From a virus, in the IMG/VR virus record IMGVR_UViG_3300045988_065224, positions 1-55,492 of that record: a DNA stretch of 55,492 bases. One strand, 5' to 3'. The translations under genes were made by a program, and so were the position numbers. Shown piece after piece: positions 31,045 through 39,605 of the stretch. Under the pieces are notes generated by a model that saw only the letters and a program-made list of their open reading frames with translations, made no database searches and was not told where the DNA came from. The number at the start of each line of letters is the position of its first letter. Within the stretch, counting starts at the first letter, position 1.

Positions 31045-32352
31045 TTATTTGCCGCCATTTTGAAGATCTTCTTCGCTGTACTCAGGAGGGTAATCAGAGT
31101 AAGCTTCCTCTTCAGGGGACCCGACAGACCCAGGTATAGAAACATCTTGTCTTGCATCTGAGATGTTCGGATTGTACAATTGATCAGCCATAGGATCTTC
31201 GATAGGTCCATAACCAATAATAGCACGAAATTCGTTTGATGTAAGAATTCTGTTTCGCAATAATGAATCGCCAATTGTAGCCAATTGACCAGTAGGTACA
31301 AGTTTGAAAGGATTACTATATGTATCAATTCTATGTCCTTGTGTATACCCAGTTTTAGTGATGAATTTACGTTGGAATTCTTCTTTAATTCTGGTGACAA
31401 TAGGATCAATAGTTCGAGTATAGTAATTTTGCATTTGATCGGCACTAGCGGTTCCATCTAAAATAGCTTTAGTTAGACCTAGTTGTCCCAACAATTCTTC
31501 GGTTAAGTACTTAACCTCATCCATAAGATTGGAATTGATTTGTCGGTTAAGCTGAGTAATTTTCTCATCAGCCCCAATATATGCAATACCCATTTTAGAG
31601 TCTTTCAACTGTCCTTCAATATCCCCAATACGAGCATTCGCTTCATTTCGTTTGAGATCATTTCGAACCGGATTAGGTAGTTGTAGAATGATATTCCATT
31701 TGTTAGAAATCAACTCCAAATCTTGCTTATCCAAAATCGAAAGTTTTTGAATCAAACGAGTCATAGTAGGATTCTCGGTTCCAAGGATATTAGCCAAAGG
31801 GTTCTCGATAATAGCGCACATTTTCTTAGGCACAATTATCTCGGAGAATTCTCCCTTAGCCTCATTATAAATTTTTACCCGGATTTTAGTTGGAAACCAT
31901 TCCATTATTTTTCCGACACGCATTGCTTTGATATCATACGAATCGGACTCCATAGGATTAATTGTTGCCTCTAGAGGGACAGCAGCAACTACTCCTTCGT
32001 CAAATAATGAATAAACCAAATCATGGAAGAAATCTGTGCTAGATTGATCCACGTTCATTTCTACTTCAAACAATCGTTGAAGAGAAGAAGACCTTTGAAC
32101 CACTTGATTTTCTTTTTCCATATCAATCTTTACATGTTGAAATTTAACCATAGATGCATCAATAGCAATACGGTTAAAAATCATGGAGGAAATTGCTGAT
32201 CTAGAAAACGTTCGAGTGGGTATTGAATTGTTTGGATTCAATGCCCTAGGTTCGTTAGGAATCTGGAATACTTTTTCGGTTTCCACAAATGATGCGGAAT
32301 CAGTTTTAAACATAGACCAAGCATGCTTTAGTCCATCGGTAAAAGTGCCCAT
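31045..32352 (-). CDS. portal protein (435 aa)
   Basis: ORF 31045..32412 trimmed to ATG 32352 behind GAAAGGCATATTTAGTT, just after the TerL stop. Called from position between TerL and protease-capsid and from size. Confidence 0.65.
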   Translation of the reverse strand: MGTFTDGLKHAWSMFKTDSASFVETEKVFQIPNEPRALNPNNSIPTRTFSRSAISSMIFNRIAIDASMVKFQHVKIDMEKENQVVQRSSSLQRLFEVEMNVDQSSTDFFHDLVYSLFDEGVVAAVPLEATINPMESDSYDIKAMRVGKIMEWFPTKIRVKIYNEAKGEFSEIIVPKKMCAIIENPLANILGTENPTMTRLIQKLSILDKQDLELISNKWNIILQLPNPVRNDLKRNEANARIGDIEGQLKDSKMGIAYIGADEKITQLNRQINSNLMDEVKYLTEELLGQLGLTKAILDGTASADQMQNYYTRTIDPIVTRIKEEFQRKFITKTGYTQGHRIDTYSNPFKLVPTGQLATIGDSLLRNRILTSNEFRAIIGYGPIEDPMADQLYNPNISDARQDVSIPGSVGSPEEEAYSDYPPEYSEEDLQNGGK

Positions 32353-32368
32353 AACTAAATATGCCTTT

Positions 32369-34096
32369 CTATCCAAATAAATCTTGGTTACGCTTGTACG
32401 CAACCCAAGCATCGATTAACGCAGCAACGTTATCGATTTTCTCATCAGAACGACGTTTAGATAACTTGTAGTTACCGTTGTTGTCCTGAATTGCAACAGT
32501 ATTACCCATTGCAAATTTCATTAATTCTTCGTCAAATATTAACATGCGTTCCATAGCCAAATTCTTTAATTCGCCCATCGGTACAGATTCGGTTTTAGCA
32601 CCCTGAATAACTTTTTCTACACCGTATTCACCATTGTCTCGAATCCATCTTTCGACGAATTCTCTAGCATTATACGGGTCATATCCAAATGCGTAAACAG
32701 TATATTTGTGTTGGTATACGAAGTTGTATACATCGTCATATACTCGTTCCATATCAAGAATAACTCCTGGCATAACAACAAGTGTACCCTCAGAAATCAA
32801 TTCATCATACTTATTGCGCATTGCGGAAGTTAGTTTTCTTAATTTAGACTCACAAACATACGATCTAGTTTTAACACCAAATCGTCCATGGCCAAGAGGA
32901 AATAGAAATGTGAACGCACAGAAATCATCACCTTGTGATAAGTCAGCACCCAAGGCGCATTCCAAGCCATCGAAGTTTTGAGGTCTGTGTGGAATTGTCT
33001 CTTCATAGACGAAGAAGTAAGTATAACCCTCAACAGGTATTCCGAAACGTTTAGCGAGCGTATCTGAACGAGTTGCCGGTTGATTTTCAGCACGTTCGAC
33101 TTCATCTCGATATGTTTCATAAGTTACAGTAGCTCCAAGATTAGGATTTGCTTTCATCCATAACTCGGGATTAGCAACTTCTCGTACATCATCCAGTCGA
33201 TAATACCAAATAGATACATGAGGGTTAAAATATCGACCTTCCAAAATATCCATAAGCTCCATCTTGATAGTATCTCCGACACCATCACGAGCAGTCCCTT
33301 CGGAAGATGTAGCGATTATGAGATAATTGTCATTTTTGCTAGCACCCTGTTGAATAGCTCCGATTACGTCTTCTTTGACTTCACCAGAAAGCCACTCATC
33401 AACGGATGCATACTTACAACGAAGACCTTGAAGTTTGTCTCTAGACATTGGACGAATTTCCAATAGACTGTTCGTTGCAAAGTTCTCAACACCCTTCTTA
33501 GTAGACGCTAATAATTGCTTTTTGGTTAGATTTCCGGTCATTTTAGAACCTTGTGTCATATAACCAATTAGTGGACCTTTAGCCCTACTCAACGCAGTCC
33601 TAAAAGGACCCATAATTTCCTCCGCCTGTTTCATTGTAGGCGCAGTAACTATTTGGTGAGTTGTAGCAGTGTCAATTAGAAGCATGTACGCTTGCATGAA
33701 TGTTGAGTATAGTGATTTTGCAGCACCACGTCCGACAATAAGATACTGTCTGTTCGTGAGTCGCTTGAATTTCTTTCGGATCTCCCACTTTCCAAGTTTT
33801 GGATTGTAGACATTATCCTCAGAAATGTAAAACCACGCTAGGGCACATTCTGCCCATAATCTAAAAGACGGCAAGAGAGTTACATCTCCTCCGTCGGTAA
33901 GGGTCATTTCGTTTTCACAAAATCTAATAAACCCTTGAATCGCTTTGTCGTCATAGTAATAATCCGGAGACTCAATTAAGAAGTCAATTCGGTTCATTTC
34001 CAGAGAGACCGTGCGATTAACCGGAATTTCACCTCTCAGAACTGCTTCTTTGAACTTCATATATTCTTCCGGATAAGCTTTATTAGATAATACCAT
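32369..34096 (-). CDS. terL: terminase large subunit (Terminase_1-like), 575 aa
   Basis: Walker A LIVGRGAAKSLYS, Walker B-like YASVDEW, and nuclease-domain pattern ALGADLSQGDDFCAFTFLF. Confidence 0.85.
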   Translation of the reverse strand: MVLSNKAYPEEYMKFKEAVLRGEIPVNRTVSLEMNRIDFLIESPDYYYDDKAIQGFIRFCENEMTLTDGGDVTLLPSFRLWAECALAWFYISEDNVYNPKLGKWEIRKKFKRLTNRQYLIVGRGAAKSLYSTFMQAYMLLIDTATTHQIVTAPTMKQAEEIMGPFRTALSRAKGPLIGYMTQGSKMTGNLTKKQLLASTKKGVENFATNSLLEIRPMSRDKLQGLRCKYASVDEWLSGEVKEDVIGAIQQGASKNDNYLIIATSSEGTARDGVGDTIKMELMDILEGRYFNPHVSIWYYRLDDVREVANPELWMKANPNLGATVTYETYRDEVERAENQPATRSDTLAKRFGIPVEGYTYFFVYEETIPHRPQNFDGLECALGADLSQGDDFCAFTFLFPLGHGRFGVKTRSYVCESKLRKLTSAMRNKYDELISEGTLVVMPGVILDMERVYDDVYNFVYQHKYTVYAFGYDPYNAREFVERWIRDNGEYGVEKVIQGAKTESVPMGELKNLAMERMLIFDEELMKFAMGNTVAIQDNNGNYKLSKRRSDEKIDNVAALIDAWVAYKRNQDLFG

Positions 34097-34115
34097 AAAA
34101 GAAAAATGCCCCTAA

Positions 34116-34637
34116 CTAAAAGCCCCAAATACCTCGAACTTTATTAATAGCCCCTTGATTTTCTTCTTTCAATTTTCGGAACTGATCTAAAGTAACATTA
34201 GTTATAGGAGAATACTTATTCGTTTTGTTCTTCATAAGATCTCCAACAATAGTCTTGACACCAGTATCAATAACTGAATTAGTCACTGATCGTCCAATGT
34301 CTTTAGCAAACTTACCATGTTCTTTCTTAGGTTTACGGGTATCAGCAATTTGGTTTGCACGCCGTACTTGTTCGGCGAAATCATTCTCCATACGGAGTCG
34401 TCTTGTTGCTGCTTGAAGATCATGTTCTGTCATCGAATGACGTTTATGGTACTTCATGTTCCAAGCTTTACGAGCAGCTTTACTTTCTTTTCGAGCTTGC
34501 CTCGTCTTAGAATGCAGCCATTTTGAAGGACTTCGTCTGAAACCCCATTTCATTCCTTTAACTCCGAAATGTTCAAGTATGTCATCGGAACTAGCGGTTT
34601 CAATTGCGTGGAGAAGATCTTTATCTACATCATTCAT
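34116..34637 (-). CDS. basic protein with N-terminal HFGVKGMKWG motif (173 aa); paralog family member a
   Basis: Starts MNDVDKDLLHAIETASSDDILEHFGVKGMKWGFRRSPSKW, followed by a Lys/Arg-rich remainder. Lies immediately upstream of terL. Confidence 0.65.
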   Translation of the reverse strand: MNDVDKDLLHAIETASSDDILEHFGVKGMKWGFRRSPSKWLHSKTRQARKESKAARKAWNMKYHKRHSMTEHDLQAATRRLRMENDFAEQVRRANQIADTRKPKKEHGKFAKDIGRSVTNSVIDTGVKTIVGDLMKNKTNKYSPITNVTLDQFRKLKEENQGAINKVRGIWGF

Positions 34638-34980
34638 TAGACCCCTCCCTAGTTTGTAAGATTATTCGATGTGCCGTCGATTGTAAGGATCTTTCTAAAG
34701 AAGTTAGAATACTACCTACAGGAGGATCGAACTTCAAACGAATTGATACAAGCACATATTGCTTAACCAATCGAACAAGATTCGGATCTTTATTAGGAAT
34801 CAATGATTCCCAAGTAGTATCTTTCTTAGCTTCGAAAGTTAATTGGACATTTGTAAGTTGAGATAACTCACCGACAATTCCATCCAATTCCAATAACAAT
34901 CTATCGTCATAACCAGTATCTTCTTCGGAAGCGAAATCTACAGATGTCTTAATATCATTAAGAATCGTCATATAGTTCAC
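34630..34980 (-). CDS. possible gp6-like head-tail connector / DNA-packaging protein (116 aa)
   Basis: The N-terminus ILNDIKTSVDFASEEDTGYDDRLLLELDGIVGEL resembles the Phage_connect_1 pattern. The position upstream of terL is unusual. Confidence 0.4.
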   Translation of the reverse strand: MNYMTILNDIKTSVDFASEEDTGYDDRLLLELDGIVGELSQLTNVQLTFEAKKDTTWESLIPNKDPNLVRLVKQYVLVSIRLKFDPPVGSILTSLERSLQSTAHRIILQTREGSNE

Positions 34981-35412
34981 CTACCATAATTTAGTATCAC
35001 CCGGAGATCTTTCTACGTAGTTCATTGATTGAACTCTACCAAATCCGTAATGGATTATATTATGCGTATTATATGATGTTGTGATTAATAGATCTGGGTT
35101 TAGGATAATGTCTTCGCGCCATTCTAATATGTCTTCTTCAATTAGAGGAATCATATGGTGGACTAGAGGCGGGCCTTCTATTTCGACATCCTTTACGCCC
35201 AAATCGTATCCAAGATCACGAGCAATAATATAATCACGCATATCTCTCCAAATTCTGGATTTGTAGAAAGCGTTAGAAATTTCTCTAGGCGATTTGTATC
35301 CCCTATTCATAAGGGATAGGAAATTCAGTCTATCTCCGAAATTATCAAAAGTCAAAAGTTTTTTATAGCTGAGATCACGTAAGTTTTCTCGGTTGTAATC
35401 ATTTTGAATCAT
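34981..35412 (-). CDS. HNH endonuclease (143 aa)
   Basis: VHHMIPLIEEDILEW...NPDLLITTSYNTHNIIHYG gives an H-H...N...H motif. Lies next to the terminase genes, as in HNH-dependent cos packaging systems. Confidence 0.75.
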   Translation of the reverse strand: MIQNDYNRENLRDLSYKKLLTFDNFGDRLNFLSLMNRGYKSPREISNAFYKSRIWRDMRDYIIARDLGYDLGVKDVEIEGPPLVHHMIPLIEEDILEWREDIILNPDLLITTSYNTHNIIHYGFGRVQSMNYVERSPGDTKLW

Positions 35413-35414
35413 TT

Positions 35415-35729
35415 TTATAGTTCTTCAGATGGAGCATAGCCGCGAATAGCTGCTATGACTGCCTCGCTGTCGCCCTTTCCTTTAACTTCACTTTCGATTA
35501 ATTCGATTTTAGAATCTGATAATTTCTTGTTGGATCGCATAGCTTCAAGTTGTAATTCACGCTCTGCTGTACCAAATCGCAACAAGGCATTCAAAGTACT
35601 TGGAGCTATTGATCCGTCATCAAGCTGTTTATTTGCAAGATTGAAAGCTTTCATAGTTAGCTTATCAAGCATACCTTCCGGAGTAAGTCCGGGAGGTAAA
35701 GGTTTTGCATCACTTTTCTTCCGTGCCAT
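35415..35729 (-). CDS. possible terminase small subunit (104 aa)
   Basis: Called only from position at the head of the packaging cluster and from size. Basic N-terminus MARKKSDAKPLPPGLTPEG. Confidence 0.35.
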   Translation of the reverse strand: MARKKSDAKPLPPGLTPEGMLDKLTMKAFNLANKQLDDGSIAPSTLNALLRFGTAERELQLEAMRSNKKLSDSKIELIESEVKGKGDSEAVIAAIRGYAPSEEL

Positions 35730-36060
35730 ACTCAGTCACCTCTTTTGGTTGAGATTGCTGAAGACGGCGAAGTTCTTGAACGGCATGTTCAATATAGTCA
35801 GATGCTTGTTCAGATGTAAGTTTCACACCTGTTTCTGATGCGTAAGACAATAGCTTATCCAAAGCTTCTTTTTTCTTAGAAGTGTTTTCAATTAGCATAT
35901 TGTCTAATGCTGTTACAATAATTAGAGCTCGCTCAGCGAGTGTGATTACTGCTTTGTTGTGCGTTGCTGCCCCGAGGTACTTAACTAGGTTCAATACTAC
36001 CGGTGCAAATACGATAACTAAAGTTACCAATGTGATAATATCATCTACTGCAATTGTCAT
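35710..36060 (-). CDS. holin-like protein (LL-H / Phage_holin_6-like pattern), 116 aa
   Basis: N-terminal TM stretch IITLVTLVIVFAPVVLNLV, then ...KKKEALDKLLSYASETGVKLTSEQASDYIEHAVQEL. This matches the G-x-K-L-T-x-E-Q...IE-x-AV signature I recall for LL-H family holins. Confidence 0.5.
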   Translation of the reverse strand: MTIAVDDIITLVTLVIVFAPVVLNLVKYLGAATHNKAVITLAERALIIVTALDNMLIENTSKKKEALDKLLSYASETGVKLTSEQASDYIEHAVQELRRLQQSQPKEVTEYGTEEK

Positions 36061-36473
36061 TTTTCTTTCTCCTTATTCGAAGCTCGGAGTTCCTCCACAT
36101 AGTCGTCAACAACACGAGAGACATACGAGTTGTAGCCTTTCTCTTTGTATTGATCGTACAGGTAGAGAATCTCGCTCTCAGATAATCTACCGGAATGAAT
36201 GCCAGTAATTATCTGTAGTCTAAGAAAATCTCTTTCTTGATTTCTATGAAGTTCTTGAAAGCTGACTGTGAGAGCATTGATAGAGTTTTTAATGCTATCA
36301 ATCTCATCATTCTGTTTCGCTTCAAGGCTGATCCATAACTTTTTAAAAGCTTTGATGCCAACCCCATAGATAGATGCGCCGACACCAATGTAAACACCAA
36401 TTTGACTAAGTACCTCAGGAGATATCAACCACATTAGTAGTGCTTTGATATGCTCTTGCATTTCATTGCTCAT
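36057..36473 (-). CDS. membrane protein with coiled-coil C-terminus (138 aa)
   Basis: AAAGGAGGATAAACC before the ATG. Hydrophobic stretch QIGVYIGVGASIYGVGI. First gene after terminator 36572..36613. Confidence 0.55.
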   Translation of the reverse strand: MSNEMQEHIKALLMWLISPEVLSQIGVYIGVGASIYGVGIKAFKKLWISLEAKQNDEIDSIKNSINALTVSFQELHRNQERDFLRLQIITGIHSGRLSESEILYLYDQYKEKGYNSYVSRVVDDYVEELRASNKEKEK

Positions 36474-36515
36474 GGTTTATCCTCCTTTTGATCATACATC
36501 CACCCTAGATAGTAA

Positions 36516-36528
36516 TCCCAAATTGGGA
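36516..36528. promoter_or_regulatory. 13-bp palindrome TCCCAAATTGGGA in the leader of the late gene string; candidate operator
   Basis: Perfect palindrome lying between the terminator and the RBS of 36057..36473. The minus strand has TTGAAA just upstream. Confidence 0.3.
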
Positions 36529-36571
36529 CTTTCAACCACTCCGGAGAAATTTTGGAGAGGTGGGGCGATGC

Positions 36572-36613
36572 AAAAGGGTCGAAAAATTTTGCGACCCTCC
36601 CCCTATGGGGGTG
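36572..36613 (-). terminator. tandem-hairpin rho-independent terminator after 36619..36939
   Basis: Minus strand CCCCC-ATA-GGGGG, then GGGTCG-CAAAATTTTT-CGACCC followed by TTTT. Confidence 0.65.
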
Positions 36614-36618
36614 TGAAT

Positions 36619-36939
36619 TTATTCTTCTGATTTTTCATTTTCAGAAGTTGGTAGACGAATCGGTGTTTGTGTATCTGTACGACAAACAGTCCAAACATCT
36701 TCAATTGGACCTTCATCAATGATTAGGTTGATGGCCATAGCATGACGTTGAGCTTCTTCAACTTCATCTAACACATCATCAGTGTTACCAATGACAGCTG
36801 CTAGTAGTTCTGATGTGAAGTAACCATTGTCTTCATCCCACTTCTTCCATGAATCAAAGTCAGAGAAAGGATTGTATGGATTGTCGAATGTAGTTAACAT
36901 TGTATCAACTACTGTTGTTGCTTGCAAGTAATCTTCCAT
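36619..36939 (-). CDS. strongly acidic hypothetical protein (106 aa)
   Basis: ORF-track ORF. Rich in Asp/Glu and contains FDNPYNPFSDFDSWKKWDEDNGYFTSELLA. Confidence 0.6.
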   Translation of the reverse strand: MEDYLQATTVVDTMLTTFDNPYNPFSDFDSWKKWDEDNGYFTSELLAAVIGNTDDVLDEVEEAQRHAMAINLIIDEGPIEDVWTVCRTDTQTPIRLPTSENEKSEE

Positions 36940-36960
36940 AACAGTTGTCTCTCCTTTCTA

Positions 36961-39594
36961 CTAGACTAGGTTCTGGATTGTAGAGATGCTTACGCCTAAA
37001 GCTTCAGCTACTTCAGCATAGCTGTGTCCGTTACGAATCATGGACTTAGCTCTAGATGCATTAGATAGACTAAGGGACTTCTCTTCTCTAGGTGTAGCTA
37101 ACTGTTTGACTCTATCGGTGTTAGCAAAGCGTAAGATGTCTGTAAGCATCTTAGTACTAACAGCACCAGATTGAATAGCTTTCCATTCATCATCTTCAAT
37201 GTTGATACGAGTCTTAGCGCCATCAGCACCAGTCTGAAGACGGGCAGCAGCAATAGCTTGTTGTTTAAGCTTCTTGAGTTGGTCCTTCTGCATGTCAGGA
37301 TCTCTCTTCTCAGCTATAACTTTGTTAGCAATGAGCTGTGCTTGACGTTCTCTAGGTGAGTTAGCTAAAGCAGTATTAAGCTTGTGTTGTAGAGACTCTA
37401 CTTGGTCTCGATACTTCAGTTTAGCTTCCTTGTTAACGACTAGGTTAGGCGAAGACTCAACAACCTTGTTGGCTTTGTCACGCATCTTACCAAGGGCATT
37501 GATATAATCCCCATACATGTTTTCGATAGGGGTACCAGAACCAAGGGTCTTAGCATCCTTAACCATTTCCACAACATGATCAGTTGAAATAGTTTTAGTT
37601 TTCTTGATCTTAGGAGCAAGTCTAGGATTAGCTGCTAGCTCTTCAGGAGTTCGATCCTTATACCATGTCTCTAGAGTACGGTGCTCTGTTTTAGATCTAG
37701 AAATAAGAGTGGAGGCTCCATTTTTTATAGTACCAGAAATAACATCGTAGTGATCTTGGTACTTCTTTTTTAGAGCGGGGATATCATTTTCCCTTTCAGA
37801 TCTTTTATAATCTAGATTATGTTTTTCAGCATCAATAACAACCATTGAATGTTTTACTGCACGAGCAATCTCAGATTGACTAGCACCTTTAAGAGTCATG
37901 TCAGTAATAAGGTTTGATACTTCACCCATTGTCTTCTGCTTGATTGTCCAGTTACCTTTTGAATCACGCTTAAGAATATTCTTGTCTGGAGAATAATACT
38001 GATTAGTATCAAAGTTCTTAAGTTCTTTCAAAGAACGACTTGTCTTAATACCGTTTTTATTATTAGGAATAACCATAACAGTATCACCATCAAAGTCTGC
38101 ACCTGACAATTTGCTAGCTACGGATGAATCAATACCGACCGCATCTTTAGCGCCCTTCATAAATTTAGCAGGACCATTACCAAGCTTGTTGTTTACAGTA
38201 AGTTCGGGCAGTTCGAATATTCCTCCATGAGGATAACGAACAAGAACAACCTTCTCACCATTCTTAAAGTTCGGTGCATAGATTTCATTAGCTTTGATAC
38301 CTGATAAAGGTAACAGAACTTGACCACGCATTCGATCAAAACCTGTGAGTTTCAAATTATGACGTTTGGTGGTTAAACCATTTGCAAAATCTGCCATCAT
38401 AATTCTACGGACTACAGGATTATTTAAATTGGCTATTTCATCAAACTCTTTTTGGAGTTTCTCATATGTCTTTTGAATACGACCTTTAACCAATATAGGT
38501 GGTTGCTTGGAAACAAACTGAGAAGATAAGGTTTTTGACCAAGTTCCCCAGTCACCTTCTTCATTAACTTTATTGATAGCACCTTTTTGTCCATTAGGTT
38601 TAATTTGTGCACCGAATGGATTATCAGGGTCATCTTTAAGTTTCTTAAGAACATCTTCTTTAGGTGTTCCTTGTTTCTTGTTGGTGTTGAATATGACATC
38701 TACGCCTTTAGGGAAATCTTTTGGATCTCCATAAACAGCCATACCTTTAAGATAATGTGTTCCTCCAACACCAATACGAACTTGGGCATACTTGGAATTT
38801 CCTAAGTCAAGGTCTTTAACGCCAGGACGTAATTCCATGACACCATCTTTGTCGGTTCCTCCTTGTTCATCATAACGAATACCAACGCGTTTCCAATCAA
38901 GATGTTCAATTGGTTTTAATCCTAATTTAGTTGTTCCGTCTTCAGTCTTATATAAATTAGGAGGTTTGATTTCGTGTTTGTGTTCTCTGACAATATCCGG
39001 ATTAGACTCTTTTGTTAAAACTTTCATTTCAACCCAATGGTCGTCGTTTGTGGCATTCTTCACATACACTTTATGCATGTGGTAGCCATCAGCTTCAAGT
39101 TGTTGTACTGCACGTTTAAGCATATTTTCGTTTATACCTAATTGTTGCGCAGCTCCGAGACCGACATCAAGATATGGGTTTTCTTTAATTAAATCTTTTA
39201 AATCCGATTTAACTTGTTCCATACGATTAACATTATTCCTAACTTGTTCGTTAAGATTCATTCGAACAGTTGATTCCGGTAAACCAGTTCTACGAGATAT
39301 TTCAGTAGGACCATAACCTTTCTCATGAAGCTCCATAACCATAGATTGATTTCTTAAACGAACAGTTTGATTAGCAATGGTATTTCTAGCTCGAAACTCG
39401 GTTGTAGTAATGCCGATCTTTGCAGCAATCTGAGTGTCAGTTAAACCGTTTTTACGATATTTTGCAACAGTGTCTGACCACGAGGTTGCACGCTGATATG
39501 AATTTTCACCAGAACCCCAGGCATAGCGTCCACTATGAGGAGTGTTACCTTGGTGGGGTGTACCTTTATGAATTAAGTATTCTTCAAGATCCAT
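36961..39594 (-). CDS. candidate single-polypeptide two-barrel (DPBB) RNA polymerase, YonO / RdRP-like, with HTH modules (877 aa)
   Basis: Residues 449-510, VVLVRYPHGGIFELPELTV...SKLSGADFDGDTVMVIP (DFDGD at nt 38083..38097), align with the beta-prime VLLNRAPTLHRLGIQAFEP...NADFDGDQMAVH segment and with the LSGGDxDGD signature of QDE-1/RDR. A beta-like segment GGTHYLKGMAV (compare GRHGNKG) lies at aa 277-287. HTH-like segments lie at aa 50-70, 93-113 and 855-877. Confidence 0.55.
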   Translation of the reverse strand: MDLEEYLIHKGTPHQGNTPHSGRYAWGSGENSYQRATSWSDTVAKYRKNGLTDTQIAAKIGITTTEFRARNTIANQTVRLRNQSMVMELHEKGYGPTEISRRTGLPESTVRMNLNEQVRNNVNRMEQVKSDLKDLIKENPYLDVGLGAAQQLGINENMLKRAVQQLEADGYHMHKVYVKNATNDDHWVEMKVLTKESNPDIVREHKHEIKPPNLYKTEDGTTKLGLKPIEHLDWKRVGIRYDEQGGTDKDGVMELRPGVKDLDLGNSKYAQVRIGVGGTHYLKGMAVYGDPKDFPKGVDVIFNTNKKQGTPKEDVLKKLKDDPDNPFGAQIKPNGQKGAINKVNEEGDWGTWSKTLSSQFVSKQPPILVKGRIQKTYEKLQKEFDEIANLNNPVVRRIMMADFANGLTTKRHNLKLTGFDRMRGQVLLPLSGIKANEIYAPNFKNGEKVVLVRYPHGGIFELPELTVNNKLGNGPAKFMKGAKDAVGIDSSVASKLSGADFDGDTVMVIPNNKNGIKTSRSLKELKNFDTNQYYSPDKNILKRDSKGNWTIKQKTMGEVSNLITDMTLKGASQSEIARAVKHSMVVIDAEKHNLDYKRSERENDIPALKKKYQDHYDVISGTIKNGASTLISRSKTEHRTLETWYKDRTPEELAANPRLAPKIKKTKTISTDHVVEMVKDAKTLGSGTPIENMYGDYINALGKMRDKANKVVESSPNLVVNKEAKLKYRDQVESLQHKLNTALANSPRERQAQLIANKVIAEKRDPDMQKDQLKKLKQQAIAAARLQTGADGAKTRINIEDDEWKAIQSGAVSTKMLTDILRFANTDRVKQLATPREEKSLSLSNASRAKSMIRNGHSYAEVAEALGVSISTIQNLV

Positions 39595-39605
39595 ACTATG
39601 CCTTT

